A stretch of DNA of 47,886 nt from positions 1 through 47,886 of IMG/VR virus record IMGVR_UViG_3300045988_074299. One strand, given 5' to 3'. The notes beneath the pieces were generated by a model. The model did not search any database. It saw only the letters and a program-made list of their open reading frames with translations, and was not told where the DNA came from. Both the position numbers and the translations under genes were made by a program. Below are positions 1-9,713 of the stretch, piece by piece. Each line of letters begins with the position of its first letter. Within the stretch, counting starts at the first letter, position 1. Source of the DNA: a virus.

Positions 1-55
1 ACTTTCTTAGCGTCTACATATGCTTTTACTACCTTATTTTGAACTGGATTGGCAC
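1..55. repeat. Terminal direct repeat; identical to 47832..47886 (circular-closure overlap of the contig)
   Basis: Read directly: both ends read actttcttagcgtctacatatgcttttactaccttattttgaactggattggcac. The minus-strand reading frame is continuous through the junction. Confidence 0.9.
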
Positions 56-1655
56 TAGAATCGGACATCACTGAGTCTACTGTGATGCTTGGAGCATGCT
101 CATCAACATATTTCTTGATTACCTTATTTTGAACTGGGTTCTCACTTGTGTCAGACATCTTAGAATCTACTGTAAAATTTGCATCAGTATAATTTGCATC
201 TTTCCATTCATTTCCTTCTTTATATTGCAATGAACCGTTTCTAAATCTTAAGTTATGCGCACCATTTTCATCTGTAGCATTTTGTTTTACATGCAATTGA
301 ATAGCTTCCGCTGCATTACTTCCAGTTATAGCTGGCAACTTACCTCCTCCATAAGAAAGCAATTCAGACAATTGACCTTGTTCTTCATCAGTAAGTTTAG
401 AGACAACATAATTGCTTAACTTATAAAGTACCTGCTTTCCTTTGTCTAAAGTCCCAGTTGCCGTCTTATAAATAGTTCCAACATCCTCAGAACTATATGA
501 CAAAATACTACCAACTCTTTTAATACAATACCAATAACCGTCGACAGAAAGCTCTATACTATCACATAACCAATATTTACCATTTACATCAGTATAATTT
601 GCAGCAGATACATCATCAATAGCAAATCCTCTCAAAGGCATTCCCGTTGTTAGCTTAACACTGCTTATATTCTCATTCGTTGCATCAACTGAGTCAAATT
701 CAAGTGTGCCTGATTCACCAACACTAATGAACGCATCATTCACTATCTCAGACTTACCATATATCTGCTTCAAGAATACGTATGCATTCTGTGCATTTTC
801 CGTAAATACAGAACCATTATTTGACTCCAACTCAAACAGATCTGTTTTTAACCCTCTTAATGCAAGCAATTGAAACTGTTTTTTTAACTCTGCAATTTGA
901 TTCGCAAGTTTAACTGCTTCTTCATCACTAAGCATAGCTTGAATAGTTTCATACCATGTATCAAAATCGCCCTTTGTATCAGTCATCCACTTTCCAAAGT
1001 TAGTTTCTGCAAGGACTGCATAATCATTATATTTTTTAGCAAGGTCAGAACTAAATTTATCTGAAGTTGTTACTTGTTTTTCATAGTATTGTTCAAATGC
1101 ATCTGTAAATTGTGCAAAAAGATTTGTTGTGTCAATCTGGTTTACAACTCCTGCAACATATCCACAATACGTTCTATCCGGCCTGAGATCGGTTATATTC
1201 GCATCGGAAATAGATAGAGCACCTCTTTCAATGTACACGTCTGCAAGGCCAAGTTCCCACGTATCGGCATTTCTTGTGAGGTTCTTTGCACTTGGTGTAG
1301 CTGCTGGATTGCCTTGTAATATTGCAAGATTGATATAACGTGTTATCGAATCCCATCGTAATACAACTCTATCTATTCTAGGCAATGCCCCGTTTGCTTG
1401 TGCTAACTGCATTTCAAAATTCTCATCATTCTTATACCAGTAACCATTTACGAATGCATCGCCAACCGCTACATTTAACTTCAATTCACCTTTCGATGTT
1501 ACTTTTAATTGTGTAGCAGGATTGATATAAACACCGTTTGAGATGAATTTACTAAAATAATAAGCAAATTGATCTGCATAGTATATTCTATCATATGCTG
1601 TCGAACCATCCTCTTCTATCATCTCAGCATTAAAAAATCCACTTGTTTCTGCCAT
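1..1655 (-). CDS. Tail fibre / receptor-binding protein, N-terminal 551 codons. The gene wraps the junction and continues at 47831..47468, about 672 aa in total.
   Basis: Manual translation from ATG 1655 (RBS AGGTGGTGA upstream) gives MAETSGFFNAEMIEEDGSTAYDRIYYADQFAYYFSKFISNGVYINPATQLKV... The frame stays open to base 1. It is in phase with ORF 47468..47833 once the 55-bp overlap is taken into account. It is absent from the ORF track because there is no stop inside the window. It sits directly after the Dit/Tal genes. Confidence 0.8.
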   Translation of the reverse strand, partial: MAETSGFFNAEMIEEDGSTAYDRIYYADQFAYYFSKFISNGVYINPATQLKVTSKGELKLNVAVGDAFVNGYWYKNDENFEMQLAQANGALPRIDRVVLRWDSITRYINLAILQGNPAATPSAKNLTRNADTWELGLADVYIERGALSISDANITDLRPDRTYCGYVAGVVNQIDTTNLFAQFTDAFEQYYEKQVTTSDKFSSDLAKKYNDYAVLAETNFGKWMTDTKGDFDTWYETIQAMLSDEEAVKLANQIAELKKQFQLLALRGLKTDLFELESNNGSVFTENAQNAYVFLKQIYGKSEIVNDAFISVGESGTLEFDSVDATNENISSVKLTTGMPLRGFAIDDVSAANYTDVNGKYWLCDSIELSVDGYWYCIKRVGSILSYSSEDVGTIYKTATGTLDKGKQVLYKLSNYVVSKLTDEEQGQLSELLSYGGGKLPAITGSNAAEAIQLHVKQNATDENGAHNLRFRNGSLQYKEGNEWKDANYTDANFTVDSKMSDTSENPVQNKVIKKYVDEHAPSITVDSVMSDSSANPVQNKVVKAYVDAKK

Positions 1656-1667
1656 TACTATCACCAC

Positions 1668-2846
1668 CTATATTATTCGTTTTATTTTTTTTAGTATCGT
1701 TGGAACGCTATTCCCAAAAGTTGGTATATAATCATAACCATTAGCATCGTAAACAATTTGCATCTCAGTAATTTGTGCATTCAGCATTATTCCCAAACTT
1801 TTGTCAATTACGGTAACATAATCACCATATGTATAATCTTTTCCAAACTGATATATTGTCCTCGCATCAGTTCTTATTTGAGATTCATATGATTCCTCAA
1901 CTAAAGTTTCTCCCATCTTTTCAAAGCCACGGTTTGACAATGTTGCATTATACTCCTGCTCAGTCATTTTCTTCTGAACGGTTTCAGTAACATCATTTCC
2001 TTCATCATCTTTTGTAGTTGCTTCTTCTGAGTATTCTGATTGTAAGTCCCTTGCATCAACGTAAAGTTCTTTTCGGTAAAAACTAGACACATTCTCACTT
2101 CCTGCTTGATCTACAACTAAAAATGTCCTTGCTGCATTCTCATTGTTAGATCCGTCGGCAGTTTCCCCAGCAACTAAAGCTATATTACGAAAACTATCAT
2201 CATTATATTCATAACTACCTGATACAATATTTTCGAAATCCCTAGAAAAAACAACTGGTTTATTTCCGTCTTTGTTTCCAATCGTCCTGTCTTTCCCTTC
2301 CAACATAACAAACTTAAATGGATTTACATTTCTTGGATTAAAATATATTTCAAAACCAAGATTATTTGCTGTTGAAATGTTTTGGACAGAAGTAAGAACT
2401 GTATCTCCTGTCTTCTGGTACGTTATATGTGGCTTGTTAATAACGTATCCTGCATTGCCAATTACAAGCCCTCTCATCTTACGCTTAGACTCAGAAGGAT
2501 TCACACAATGAATATTAACGATACTTTCAGCTAATGCAGCAGGCTCTCCAGTCTTCACAAAGCATGGATAAACCCACCGCCAATTCAACATTTCTTTTGC
2601 AAGTTTTCCCTTAGCAGTTATAGTGCCATCATCTGTAGATGAACTTATATACTGAATAATACCACATACTTCATCTTCTATCCATAGAAAACGATTTTTC
2701 TGAATAAGTTTAACATTCTGCTTATTTATTGCACATTTAAGCTCAAAACTCCCAACATCTACAAATTTAAGAGTATAAGTTATAGTAGAGTACATTTCTA
2801 TCAAGCCTAAGCGATTTAATTCAAAATCAAATACTTCAAGTCTCAT
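1668..2846 (-). CDS. Tail-associated / baseplate protein (Tal-like, siphovirus Gp37-like N-terminus)
   Basis: 392 aa ORF immediately after Dit. The N-terminus MRLEVFDFELNRLGLIEMYSTITYTLKFVDVGSFELKC resembles the Gp37-like tail protein family. Synteny TMP-Dit-Tal. Confidence 0.65.
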   Translation of the reverse strand: MRLEVFDFELNRLGLIEMYSTITYTLKFVDVGSFELKCAINKQNVKLIQKNRFLWIEDEVCGIIQYISSSTDDGTITAKGKLAKEMLNWRWVYPCFVKTGEPAALAESIVNIHCVNPSESKRKMRGLVIGNAGYVINKPHITYQKTGDTVLTSVQNISTANNLGFEIYFNPRNVNPFKFVMLEGKDRTIGNKDGNKPVVFSRDFENIVSGSYEYNDDSFRNIALVAGETADGSNNENAARTFLVVDQAGSENVSSFYRKELYVDARDLQSEYSEEATTKDDEGNDVTETVQKKMTEQEYNATLSNRGFEKMGETLVEESYESQIRTDARTIYQFGKDYTYGDYVTVIDKSLGIMLNAQITEMQIVYDANGYDYIPTFGNSVPTILKKIKRII

Positions 2847-2849
2847 CTT

Positions 2850-3761
2850 CTATTCCTCCGGTATATTATATATTGCTGACTTGTACTCTATAATAACTTC
2901 TGCTCTTTTGTAAGTTTCATCAGCAATGTTATCACTTGAATATGATCTGAATGTTAATGTATTGACACCTGTTTGCAATTGTAGCCAATCTGAATCATAA
3001 TCAAAATATTGGATGTAATCATATTCTGTACCGTTTACAATGCCTGTAACGTGTCTTTCTCCAGCATTGGTATCTATCTCAACTACTTCTCCACTACTAA
3101 GTACTTTGTTTATTCTGATTTTTTTTCCTGTCACAACATCAGTTATCTCAATATTATTAACAGTTCCGTGTGCATATATTTTTATCTTTGCACCAACACT
3201 TATGCTGCCTTGGTTGTCGATCGATACAAATAAACTTCTTCGCCTATATCCCATTATCATACCTTTTTCTTTTGGTATTATCAACGGAAACATGAAACCA
3301 CCAAATATTTTTCCAATCTCTGGTGTCAATGGATTTGTCAATATAAACATTGGATAATCGCAAAGTACCTGTATCAAAAACTTACAGCAAACTTCGTTAT
3401 TTTCGGCGTATTCCTTACTATATGTCACATTGCTGCTTGGCTTTCCATGCATCGAATAATCACCAACATATATCGTAATCTGTTCAAGCGGATTTATAAG
3501 CTTTGATAGCTCCTCTTTCTTTCTGTTTATATCGTCTAATGTATCACCGATGATCCATCCATTTATTGACACATCTCTCGTTCCAATTACCGTATTCGTT
3601 ATGTATGAGCCTATTTGCGTAGGATACGAAAATGTATTGTGATTTACAGAAACATTTCCCCAATCTATTGCACCTTCATATATCAAATAATCAGCCTCTG
3701 ACATATCAAAACTCTTAATAGAGTTAGTTGCATTATTCTTAATTTTTATACTGTCAACCAT
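2850..3761 (-). CDS. Distal tail protein (Dit)
   Basis: 303 aa ORF directly downstream of the tape measure gene. Size and position are typical of siphovirus Dit. Confidence 0.65.
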   Translation of the reverse strand: MVDSIKIKNNATNSIKSFDMSEADYLIYEGAIDWGNVSVNHNTFSYPTQIGSYITNTVIGTRDVSINGWIIGDTLDDINRKKEELSKLINPLEQITIYVGDYSMHGKPSSNVTYSKEYAENNEVCCKFLIQVLCDYPMFILTNPLTPEIGKIFGGFMFPLIIPKEKGMIMGYRRRSLFVSIDNQGSISVGAKIKIYAHGTVNNIEITDVVTGKKIRINKVLSSGEVVEIDTNAGERHVTGIVNGTEYDYIQYFDYDSDWLQLQTGVNTLTFRSYSSDNIADETYKRAEVIIEYKSAIYNIPEE

Positions 3762-3777
3762 ATACTTTTCACCTCCT

Positions 3778-6700
3778 TTAATAATCCATGGCTAACTGTT
3801 TTTTTGCAAGTTTCATTTGCCTTGCTGCTTCTCTTTCATCTATAGCCTTTGGACTATTAAATATGAAAGTATCACCTAATACATTATTTGCCTTTGCTTC
3901 TTCTTTGGTAAGTACTCTTTCTCCTTCATGCAAAATTGCTCTATATCCATCATATGGAACATATGTTAGACCTTGTCTATGTGAACTTACTCCAACATTC
4001 GAAAACTCACTTGCTGTATACTTTACTTTTTCTAAGCTACTGCTTATTTTGCTCATATACGAATTTATATTTTTCTGCAGGCTACTTAAAGTTTTATCAA
4101 TTTCTTTTTTCTTCGTTTTAATTCCATCAACTATTCCTTGACCAGTTTTCTTTCCAATTGTCTTTGCTGCGCTATATGCATCCTTTTTCATTTTTGTCAA
4201 TTTCTTGTCATATTTTGCTTGTAACTTATCAAGCTTTTCATATGCTGTTTTATTAGCTTTCTCAATATTCTTTTGCAACTTTGCATAAGCTTCCTGATTC
4301 TCTCTTTCAGCCTCCTCTTTTGCCAACTTATTCCGTTGTTTCCAAAGATCACCATACTCTTTCAACTTATCTGACGTCAATGAATTTAGTGCTTCTAATT
4401 CACCAGTAGCCGCAACACCCTGGCTTCTTAACTCTTCTATCAAAGCTTTTGGTAAAATGTTTCTTCCTTCCAATTTACTCATCTGTGTATTAAATTGCTT
4501 TAATGCATCAACTTGTGACTGTAAATTACTAGTCAAATCCTCTCCATTTTTGTCAGAAGAAATTTCATATTTATCAAATAACTTAAATGCAGACAATAAA
4601 GATTCTTTACGAGAATTTACTTGCTCTTTGTATGCATCTGACAACTCCTTTACTTTTGATTTTAAGTCATCATAAACCTTTGTTACTTTTTCTTTATAAT
4701 CATCTTCTAGTGTCTTTAATTCCTCATTATAAGATTTTTTTGCTGACACATAATTCTTGTATGCTGTTAAATTCGCATCTGAACCTTTCTTGGTAGAATC
4801 ATATATCTTTCTCCAATAAGCTACTTCTTCAGCAACAGAAATCTTATTAAATGTCTCAAGCCAATCAAGCTTCTTTTCTGCTGCACTAACAATTTCTTGT
4901 GACAATTCTGACGCTGATTTTTTAGCTGCACCTTTCTTTGATTTAATGCCGACTATAATACCATTTGCAATTTGAGCTCCGACTTGATCTCTCATTACCC
5001 TAGACGGTGAATGAATATCCAATGCATCTTTAAATCCATCAACTAAACCACCGGCAAATTCACTTATATTTTTCTTTGCATTTGTAATAGAATTTTTTAT
5101 ACCATTAACAATACCATCAACAATATTTTTGCCAATCTTTAGCATTTTACCAGGTAATTCTTTAAGTTTCTTTATCAAGCTTTCAGCAAAATTCTTTGCT
5201 GCCTCTTTTGCTTTTTCAGGAAATTCTTTTTTGAATTTTTCCACCTTTAAAATTACTTTTGCTAACCAAGTAGCAATTTTTATCGGTAATTCTTTGAAAA
5301 AGTTAACTACTCCATCAACAAAGTCTTTGCCTACTTTTTTTGCCTTACCTGGCATTTCTGCTGCAAACTTTACAATATGCCCTAAAACTTGCCCTATAAC
5401 ATACCCAATCTTTTCAGGCAAGTTTTTAAAAAACTCTACGATCTTTTCAGGAAACTGCTTAATTTTCGTCTTTGCTTTTTCAAACCCATTAGGTAATGTT
5501 TTTGTAAAAAAATCTATAATTGCATTTACAACTGTACCAGTTGTGTCTTTCACTTTATTCCAAAGATTTATCCAAAAACTTCTAAACGCTTCTGACTTGT
5601 TCCAAAGATTAACGAATGCTGCAACTAAAGATCCTATGATTATTATCAATAATCCAATTGGGTTGGCAACTAATCCTGCAACAACTGTTAATTTATTAAA
5701 TACGTTTATAACTAACGATACTATAGATATTACTTTTGACATAATTAAAAGTAATGGCCCGATAGCTGCAACTATTGCTGCTATTTTTACAATTCTATCT
5801 TTAGTCTTATCATCTAAGCTATTTAGCCAAACAACAACTTCTTGTATTTTTTCAACAACTTTTTTAACATAAGGAATGATTAAATCACCTATAGATATTG
5901 CAAGAGATTCTAAGTTTGATTTTAGAATAGTAATCTGACCATTCAAATTATCTTGCATCGTATTTGCCATATCTTCTGCAGTTCCATCTGCATTATTTAT
6001 AGCCTTTGTCAACTTATCATAGTCACTTGGAGCTGCATTTATAATTGCTAACATTCCTGACATAGCTTCTTTTCCAAACAAAGCTGCTGCTGCACTTGCT
6101 TGTTCTGCTTCTGAAAGACCACCCATCTTCGTTCTAAGCATTTCCATTACTTCACTAAGCGATTTCATTGAACCATCTGTGTTTGTTAATGATAAATGAT
6201 AACGATCCATAACGGCTTGCATTGTATCTGTCGGCTTAACCATATTAGTTAAAGCGGCTCTTAATCCTGCACCAGCTTGCGATGCTTTAATACCGCTATT
6301 AGCCATTAAACCTAACGCAACTGCTGTGTCTTCTACTGAATACCCCAACGATCCGGCAACTGGTGCTACATACTTAAATGATTCACCTAGCATCGAAACA
6401 TTTGTATTTGCATTTGAACTTGCTGAGGCCATTACATCTGCAAAATGTGATGCATTTGAAACCTCTTTAACAAATCCATCTTTTACAATCTTTGTAGTTC
6501 CATCTGCTGCTAATCCAAATGCTGTCATTGCATCTGTAACAATGTCAGACGTAGTTGCTAAATCCAATCCATCTGCTGCTGAAAGATTCATTATACCATC
6601 GATACTGTTTAACATATCGTTTGTCTTCCAACCAGCCATTGCCATATAAGTGAATGCATCAGAAGCTTCTGTAGCAGAAAACTTTGTTTTAGCACCCATC

Positions 6701-7020
6701 TCAATAGCTTTATCTTTTAACTTAACCATATCATCGCCAGTAGCACCTGATATAGCTTTTACTTTCGAAAGGCTTTGCTCAAGCGAAGCTGAGGTTTTAA
6801 CTACTGCTACTCCGGCTGCAACTATTGGAGTAGTAACTTTCAAAGTCATGTCTTTACCAATTGTAGACATTCCGTTACTAACACCTTTTAAAGCACTTGC
6901 CACTCCGCTAGTTCCATCCTTAAATCCTTTAGTTGCTGTTATAGCTTGCTTAAAGCCCATCGTAAACTTAGACGTATTTAAATCTAAATAGCCAACCGCA
7001 GTACCTAAATTGACGCTCAT
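3778..7020 (-). CDS. Tail tape measure protein
   Basis: 1080 aa. Has a TP901-type core (MGAKTKFSATEASDAFTYMAMAGWKTNDMLNSIDGIMNLSAADGLDLATTSDIVTDAMTAFGL), a central hydrophobic block and a long coiled-coil C-terminal half. Confidence 0.95.
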   Translation of the reverse strand: MSVNLGTAVGYLDLNTSKFTMGFKQAITATKGFKDGTSGVASALKGVSNGMSTIGKDMTLKVTTPIVAAGVAVVKTSASLEQSLSKVKAISGATGDDMVKLKDKAIEMGAKTKFSATEASDAFTYMAMAGWKTNDMLNSIDGIMNLSAADGLDLATTSDIVTDAMTAFGLAADGTTKIVKDGFVKEVSNASHFADVMASASSNANTNVSMLGESFKYVAPVAGSLGYSVEDTAVALGLMANSGIKASQAGAGLRAALTNMVKPTDTMQAVMDRYHLSLTNTDGSMKSLSEVMEMLRTKMGGLSEAEQASAAAALFGKEAMSGMLAIINAAPSDYDKLTKAINNADGTAEDMANTMQDNLNGQITILKSNLESLAISIGDLIIPYVKKVVEKIQEVVVWLNSLDDKTKDRIVKIAAIVAAIGPLLLIMSKVISIVSLVINVFNKLTVVAGLVANPIGLLIIIIGSLVAAFVNLWNKSEAFRSFWINLWNKVKDTTGTVVNAIIDFFTKTLPNGFEKAKTKIKQFPEKIVEFFKNLPEKIGYVIGQVLGHIVKFAAEMPGKAKKVGKDFVDGVVNFFKELPIKIATWLAKVILKVEKFKKEFPEKAKEAAKNFAESLIKKLKELPGKMLKIGKNIVDGIVNGIKNSITNAKKNISEFAGGLVDGFKDALDIHSPSRVMRDQVGAQIANGIIVGIKSKKGAAKKSASELSQEIVSAAEKKLDWLETFNKISVAEEVAYWRKIYDSTKKGSDANLTAYKNYVSAKKSYNEELKTLEDDYKEKVTKVYDDLKSKVKELSDAYKEQVNSRKESLLSAFKLFDKYEISSDKNGEDLTSNLQSQVDALKQFNTQMSKLEGRNILPKALIEELRSQGVAATGELEALNSLTSDKLKEYGDLWKQRNKLAKEEAERENQEAYAKLQKNIEKANKTAYEKLDKLQAKYDKKLTKMKKDAYSAAKTIGKKTGQGIVDGIKTKKKEIDKTLSSLQKNINSYMSKISSSLEKVKYTASEFSNVGVSSHRQGLTYVPYDGYRAILHEGERVLTKEEAKANNVLGDTFIFNSPKAIDEREAARQMKLAKKQLAMDY

Positions 7021-7036
7021 TAAAACCTCACCTCAC

Positions 7037-7288
7037 TTATTGCTTATCAAACTTCTTATAGATCTCGCTTGGTAGCATTCTTGCCTTTTTCTTTACTTGA
7101 TTTTTTTGTTTTTCTTTTATTTTTTTAAACTTCGGCTTCTCATCATTATCTATTTTAGACATAATCAAAGCACATGCTTCATCAAAACAATAAGCTGTAT
7201 AATCATCTTCAATTCTCAGTATCTGACTTGGCAAGCAATTGTAGATTCTGCTCATCTGTAATATGCTCAATATCCTTGGCGTCCTCAC
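7037..7288 (-). CDS. Tail assembly chaperone extension (gpT-like), probably expressed by frameshifting from 7209..7673
   Basis: ORF overlaps the 3' end of the chaperone gene by 80 nt. It lies between the major tail and tape measure genes. It has no RBS or ATG of its own (the track start is GTG). It is in the +1 frame relative to the upstream ORF. Confidence 0.55.
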   Translation of the reverse strand: MRTPRILSILQMSRIYNCLPSQILRIEDDYTAYCFDEACALIMSKIDNDEKPKFKKIKEKQKNQVKKKARMLPSEIYKKFDKQ

Positions 7289-7673
7289 GAAAGGATTCTA
7301 ACGCCTTTACACCGTTTTGGGTATAAGAGAAAACGAACATCATTTGCTCGTCTGTAAGTTTAATACCTGCTTCTTTAAGATCATTATATTTTGGTTCAAC
7401 AAATGTTGCTTCGCAAAGCTTATCAATAACATCAAACAATTCTTTTACAGCATCAGAATTTGTTCCTTCCAGCATCTGTGTTCCTTCAGCAAATAAACTA
7501 CTTGCTGTATCCAACAATGAATTGGGAATTTCTCCATTCTTAATCATATCCAACATTGAAGGACGCTTTAATCTAGCCCAAAAATCTTGGTTCGGTCCAA
7601 AAGAAGGAAGCTTAACTAAAGTACCTTTCATATAGCTTTTCAAAGTCGTTATACTTGTAACTTTATTCTCCAT
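7209..7673 (-). CDS. Tail assembly chaperone (gpG-like)
   Basis: 154 aa acidic protein between the major tail protein and the tape measure. Motif LVKLPSFGPNQDFWARLKRPSMLDMIKNGEIPNSLL is typical of Gram-positive phage tail chaperones. Confidence 0.75.
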   Translation of the reverse strand: MENKVTSITTLKSYMKGTLVKLPSFGPNQDFWARLKRPSMLDMIKNGEIPNSLLDTASSLFAEGTQMLEGTNSDAVKELFDVIDKLCEATFVEPKYNDLKEAGIKLTDEQMMFVFSYTQNGVKALESFREDAKDIEHITDEQNLQLLAKSDTEN

Positions 7674-7705
7674 TTTTACATTCTCCTTTTTACATTGTAC
7701 TCAAA

Positions 7706-8314
7706 TTATGATTCAAACTTTGGCAATTCAAATACAGTATCGATTGAGTATGGTGCTTGACCTTTTGACGGAGCACTATCAATCGTAATCGAACCAACAT
7801 AGAATGTATCATCCTGTGCACCTACACCAAATGGCTGACCTGTACAATTTGGATATACAATCTTCTCGTACTGAACAATATCTCCCGATGTATCATATAC
7901 AGCAGAATAAAGCTCCATGTCAAACGTTTCACCTTTGTCACCACTTCCTGATACCGGTGGTTCATAACCTGCAATACCAAAAGTTGTTGCTTCTGTCGAT
8001 GTTTCCGTATGATCATCAGAAGTCCAATACTTAATCGTTCCGCCCTGAAGGATCTTAGCTAACTCAAAATTCAGTACATTATCTGTTAATGTTAATGTGT
8101 TTCCTGTAACGGTTGTTGTAGCTTTCTTCTGTGCCTTTAACTTACCTTTAATAATAAGCTTAATTGCATCTGTAGTTTCTGTAGCAATTGCAACTTCTAC
8201 TTGTGATGCCGTATCAAGACCAATGCTTTTTGCATTTACCCCTTTTGTCTTTACAACGACAAGTGCACAATCAATCATCGCAACTTCTGTGCCACGCTTT
8301 ACATTATCTGCCAT
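7706..8314 (-). CDS. Major tail (tube) protein
   Basis: 202 aa ORF immediately upstream of the chaperone pair. Strong RBS; canonical siphovirus synteny. Confidence 0.75.
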   Translation of the reverse strand: MADNVKRGTEVAMIDCALVVVKTKGVNAKSIGLDTASQVEVAIATETTDAIKLIIKGKLKAQKKATTTVTGNTLTLTDNVLNFELAKILQGGTIKYWTSDDHTETSTEATTFGIAGYEPPVSGSGDKGETFDMELYSAVYDTSGDIVQYEKIVYPNCTGQPFGVGAQDDTFYVGSITIDSAPSKGQAPYSIDTVFELPKFES

Positions 8315-8336
8315 CTTATTTCCTCCTTTACTATTA

Positions 8337-8696
8337 CTATCTTACATGTTTATTACGTATAGTATAACGATACTCTACAGATTTCATCCACCCTTTTATT
8401 GCTTCATCATAAAAAGCTGGTGTCTCATATCCAGTTGGAATAACTAATGGATATAATTCATCGGCATATCCTTTTACTTCATCTGCAAATGGATCTAAAT
8501 CTGTAAATCTTGATCCAGGTACATATATCAAAGCGTCCAATAGAACTGTCTGAGATGTAAAATTGCCAGCTTTAGTTCTTCCACCATCTGACAGAACTAC
8601 ATATTTATTTTTTACCTCTCCCTTATGAGTATTCGGAGGGTAAACATCAATATTATTTTGTTTGAACTTATCAAACACTTTTTCATATACGGACAT
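8337..8696 (-). CDS. Tail completion / tail terminator-like protein
   Basis: The track ORF starts at 8771, but the ATG at 8696 is preceded by GGAGGAG and avoids a 65-nt overlap with the upstream gene. It sits between the neck proteins and the major tail protein. Confidence 0.55.
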   Translation of the reverse strand: MSVYEKVFDKFKQNNIDVYPPNTHKGEVKNKYVVLSDGGRTKAGNFTSQTVLLDALIYVPGSRFTDLDPFADEVKGYADELYPLVIPTGYETPAFYDEAIKGWMKSVEYRYTIRNKHVR

Positions 8697-8706
8697 TAGA
8701 CTCCTC

Positions 8707-9069
8707 CTAATAACCCATCTTGTCAAGCAAATTTGCATACCCTTCAAGAACTTCATTGCCACGTAACTCAATAGTAGGCTTTATGATAGCAAATCTTTTT
8801 TCATTCGCTAATTCCAACCATATACCATAATCAACCCCATGTGCCAAAGTTATTCTTATTCCAGTATTTGTTTTGCTTGTAGTTGCATTTAACGACTTTC
8901 TAGCCATGCCTGTTCTATCTGTCCAAGGTGCATCTTTCTTAGCATAAGATTCTAACCTCTTAGCTTGATTCTTTGTATACATTTCAACAGCAGCTTGTGC
9001 TCTCTTATCAACTGCAGCAATTCCTTGTTTGAGATTTTCAATATTCATATCCCATTCGAATTGTGGCAT
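8707..9069 (-). CDS. HK97 gp10-like neck/tail-attachment protein
   Basis: 120 aa. The pattern AKRLESYAKKDAPWTDRTGMARKSL matches the gp10-family signature (A-P-x-x-T-G-x-L/A-R-x-S). Confidence 0.6.
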   Translation of the reverse strand: MPQFEWDMNIENLKQGIAAVDKRAQAAVEMYTKNQAKRLESYAKKDAPWTDRTGMARKSLNATTSKTNTGIRITLAHGVDYGIWLELANEKRFAIIKPTIELRGNEVLEGYANLLDKMGY

Positions 9070-9441
9070 CTAAATCACCTCTTCCAAAGATATATCAGAA
9101 GCTATTGAATAATTTTGAACATTCAATATCCCTGATACATTATATTGCTTGCCTTCAATTGTAATTGAATCGCCTTGCTTGATCTTAATACCATCTTCAT
9201 GCAAACATAATATCATTGGACTTTTCTTTGTCCTTGTTATCGTCGCATCAGATCCGGTTGTTTGAATGTAACCATTTGATTCATGGTATATTCCTTTTAA
9301 CTTAACCTGCTCTTGCACATCTTCTAATGGTTGACCAAACTTGTCAACTGCTTGCCTGCTAAACGTATATTCAACGCCTCTCATGCCAAGTTGCACTTTT
9401 AAACGATGTAAAAGGAAGTCTGGTGCTTTCATTTGCATCAA
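9070..9441 (-). CDS. Head closure / head-tail joining protein
   Basis: 123 aa, in the connector block. The C-terminal IKQGDSITIEGKQYNVSGILNV pattern is typical of SPP1 gp16-like proteins. Confidence 0.55.
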   Translation of the reverse strand: MMQMKAPDFLLHRLKVQLGMRGVEYTFSRQAVDKFGQPLEDVQEQVKLKGIYHESNGYIQTTGSDATITRTKKSPMILCLHEDGIKIKQGDSITIEGKQYNVSGILNVQNYSIASDISLEEVI

Positions 9442-9701
9442 CCTCCTTTTAATTGTCTTGAATTATTTTGGCGATATCTTTGAGCCAATCTTCTAAAGTA
9501 TTTAGATGTATCGGCACAACTAAGACCTGATACACTTAATGTCGTATCTTCTGCTTTGATCAAAAACATTTGATACAACGTCTTATTTTCATTACCATTA
9601 TTTTCAGACAAATAAAAATCAATATCATCGTCACTAAAAAATGGACATTCTACTTCTCTAAGCAATTTCTTAATTCTTTCGCGTTTGGAAAGTTCTGACA
9701 T
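9438..9701 (-). CDS. Head-tail connector (gp6/gp15-like adaptor)
   Basis: 87 aa, first gene of the connector block after the capsid genes. Has a 4-nt overlap with the next gene. Confidence 0.5.
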   Translation of the reverse strand: MSELSKRERIKKLLREVECPFFSDDDIDFYLSENNGNENKTLYQMFLIKAEDTTLSVSGLSCADTSKYFRRLAQRYRQNNSRQLKGG

Positions 9702-9713
9702 ATCAGCACCTCC

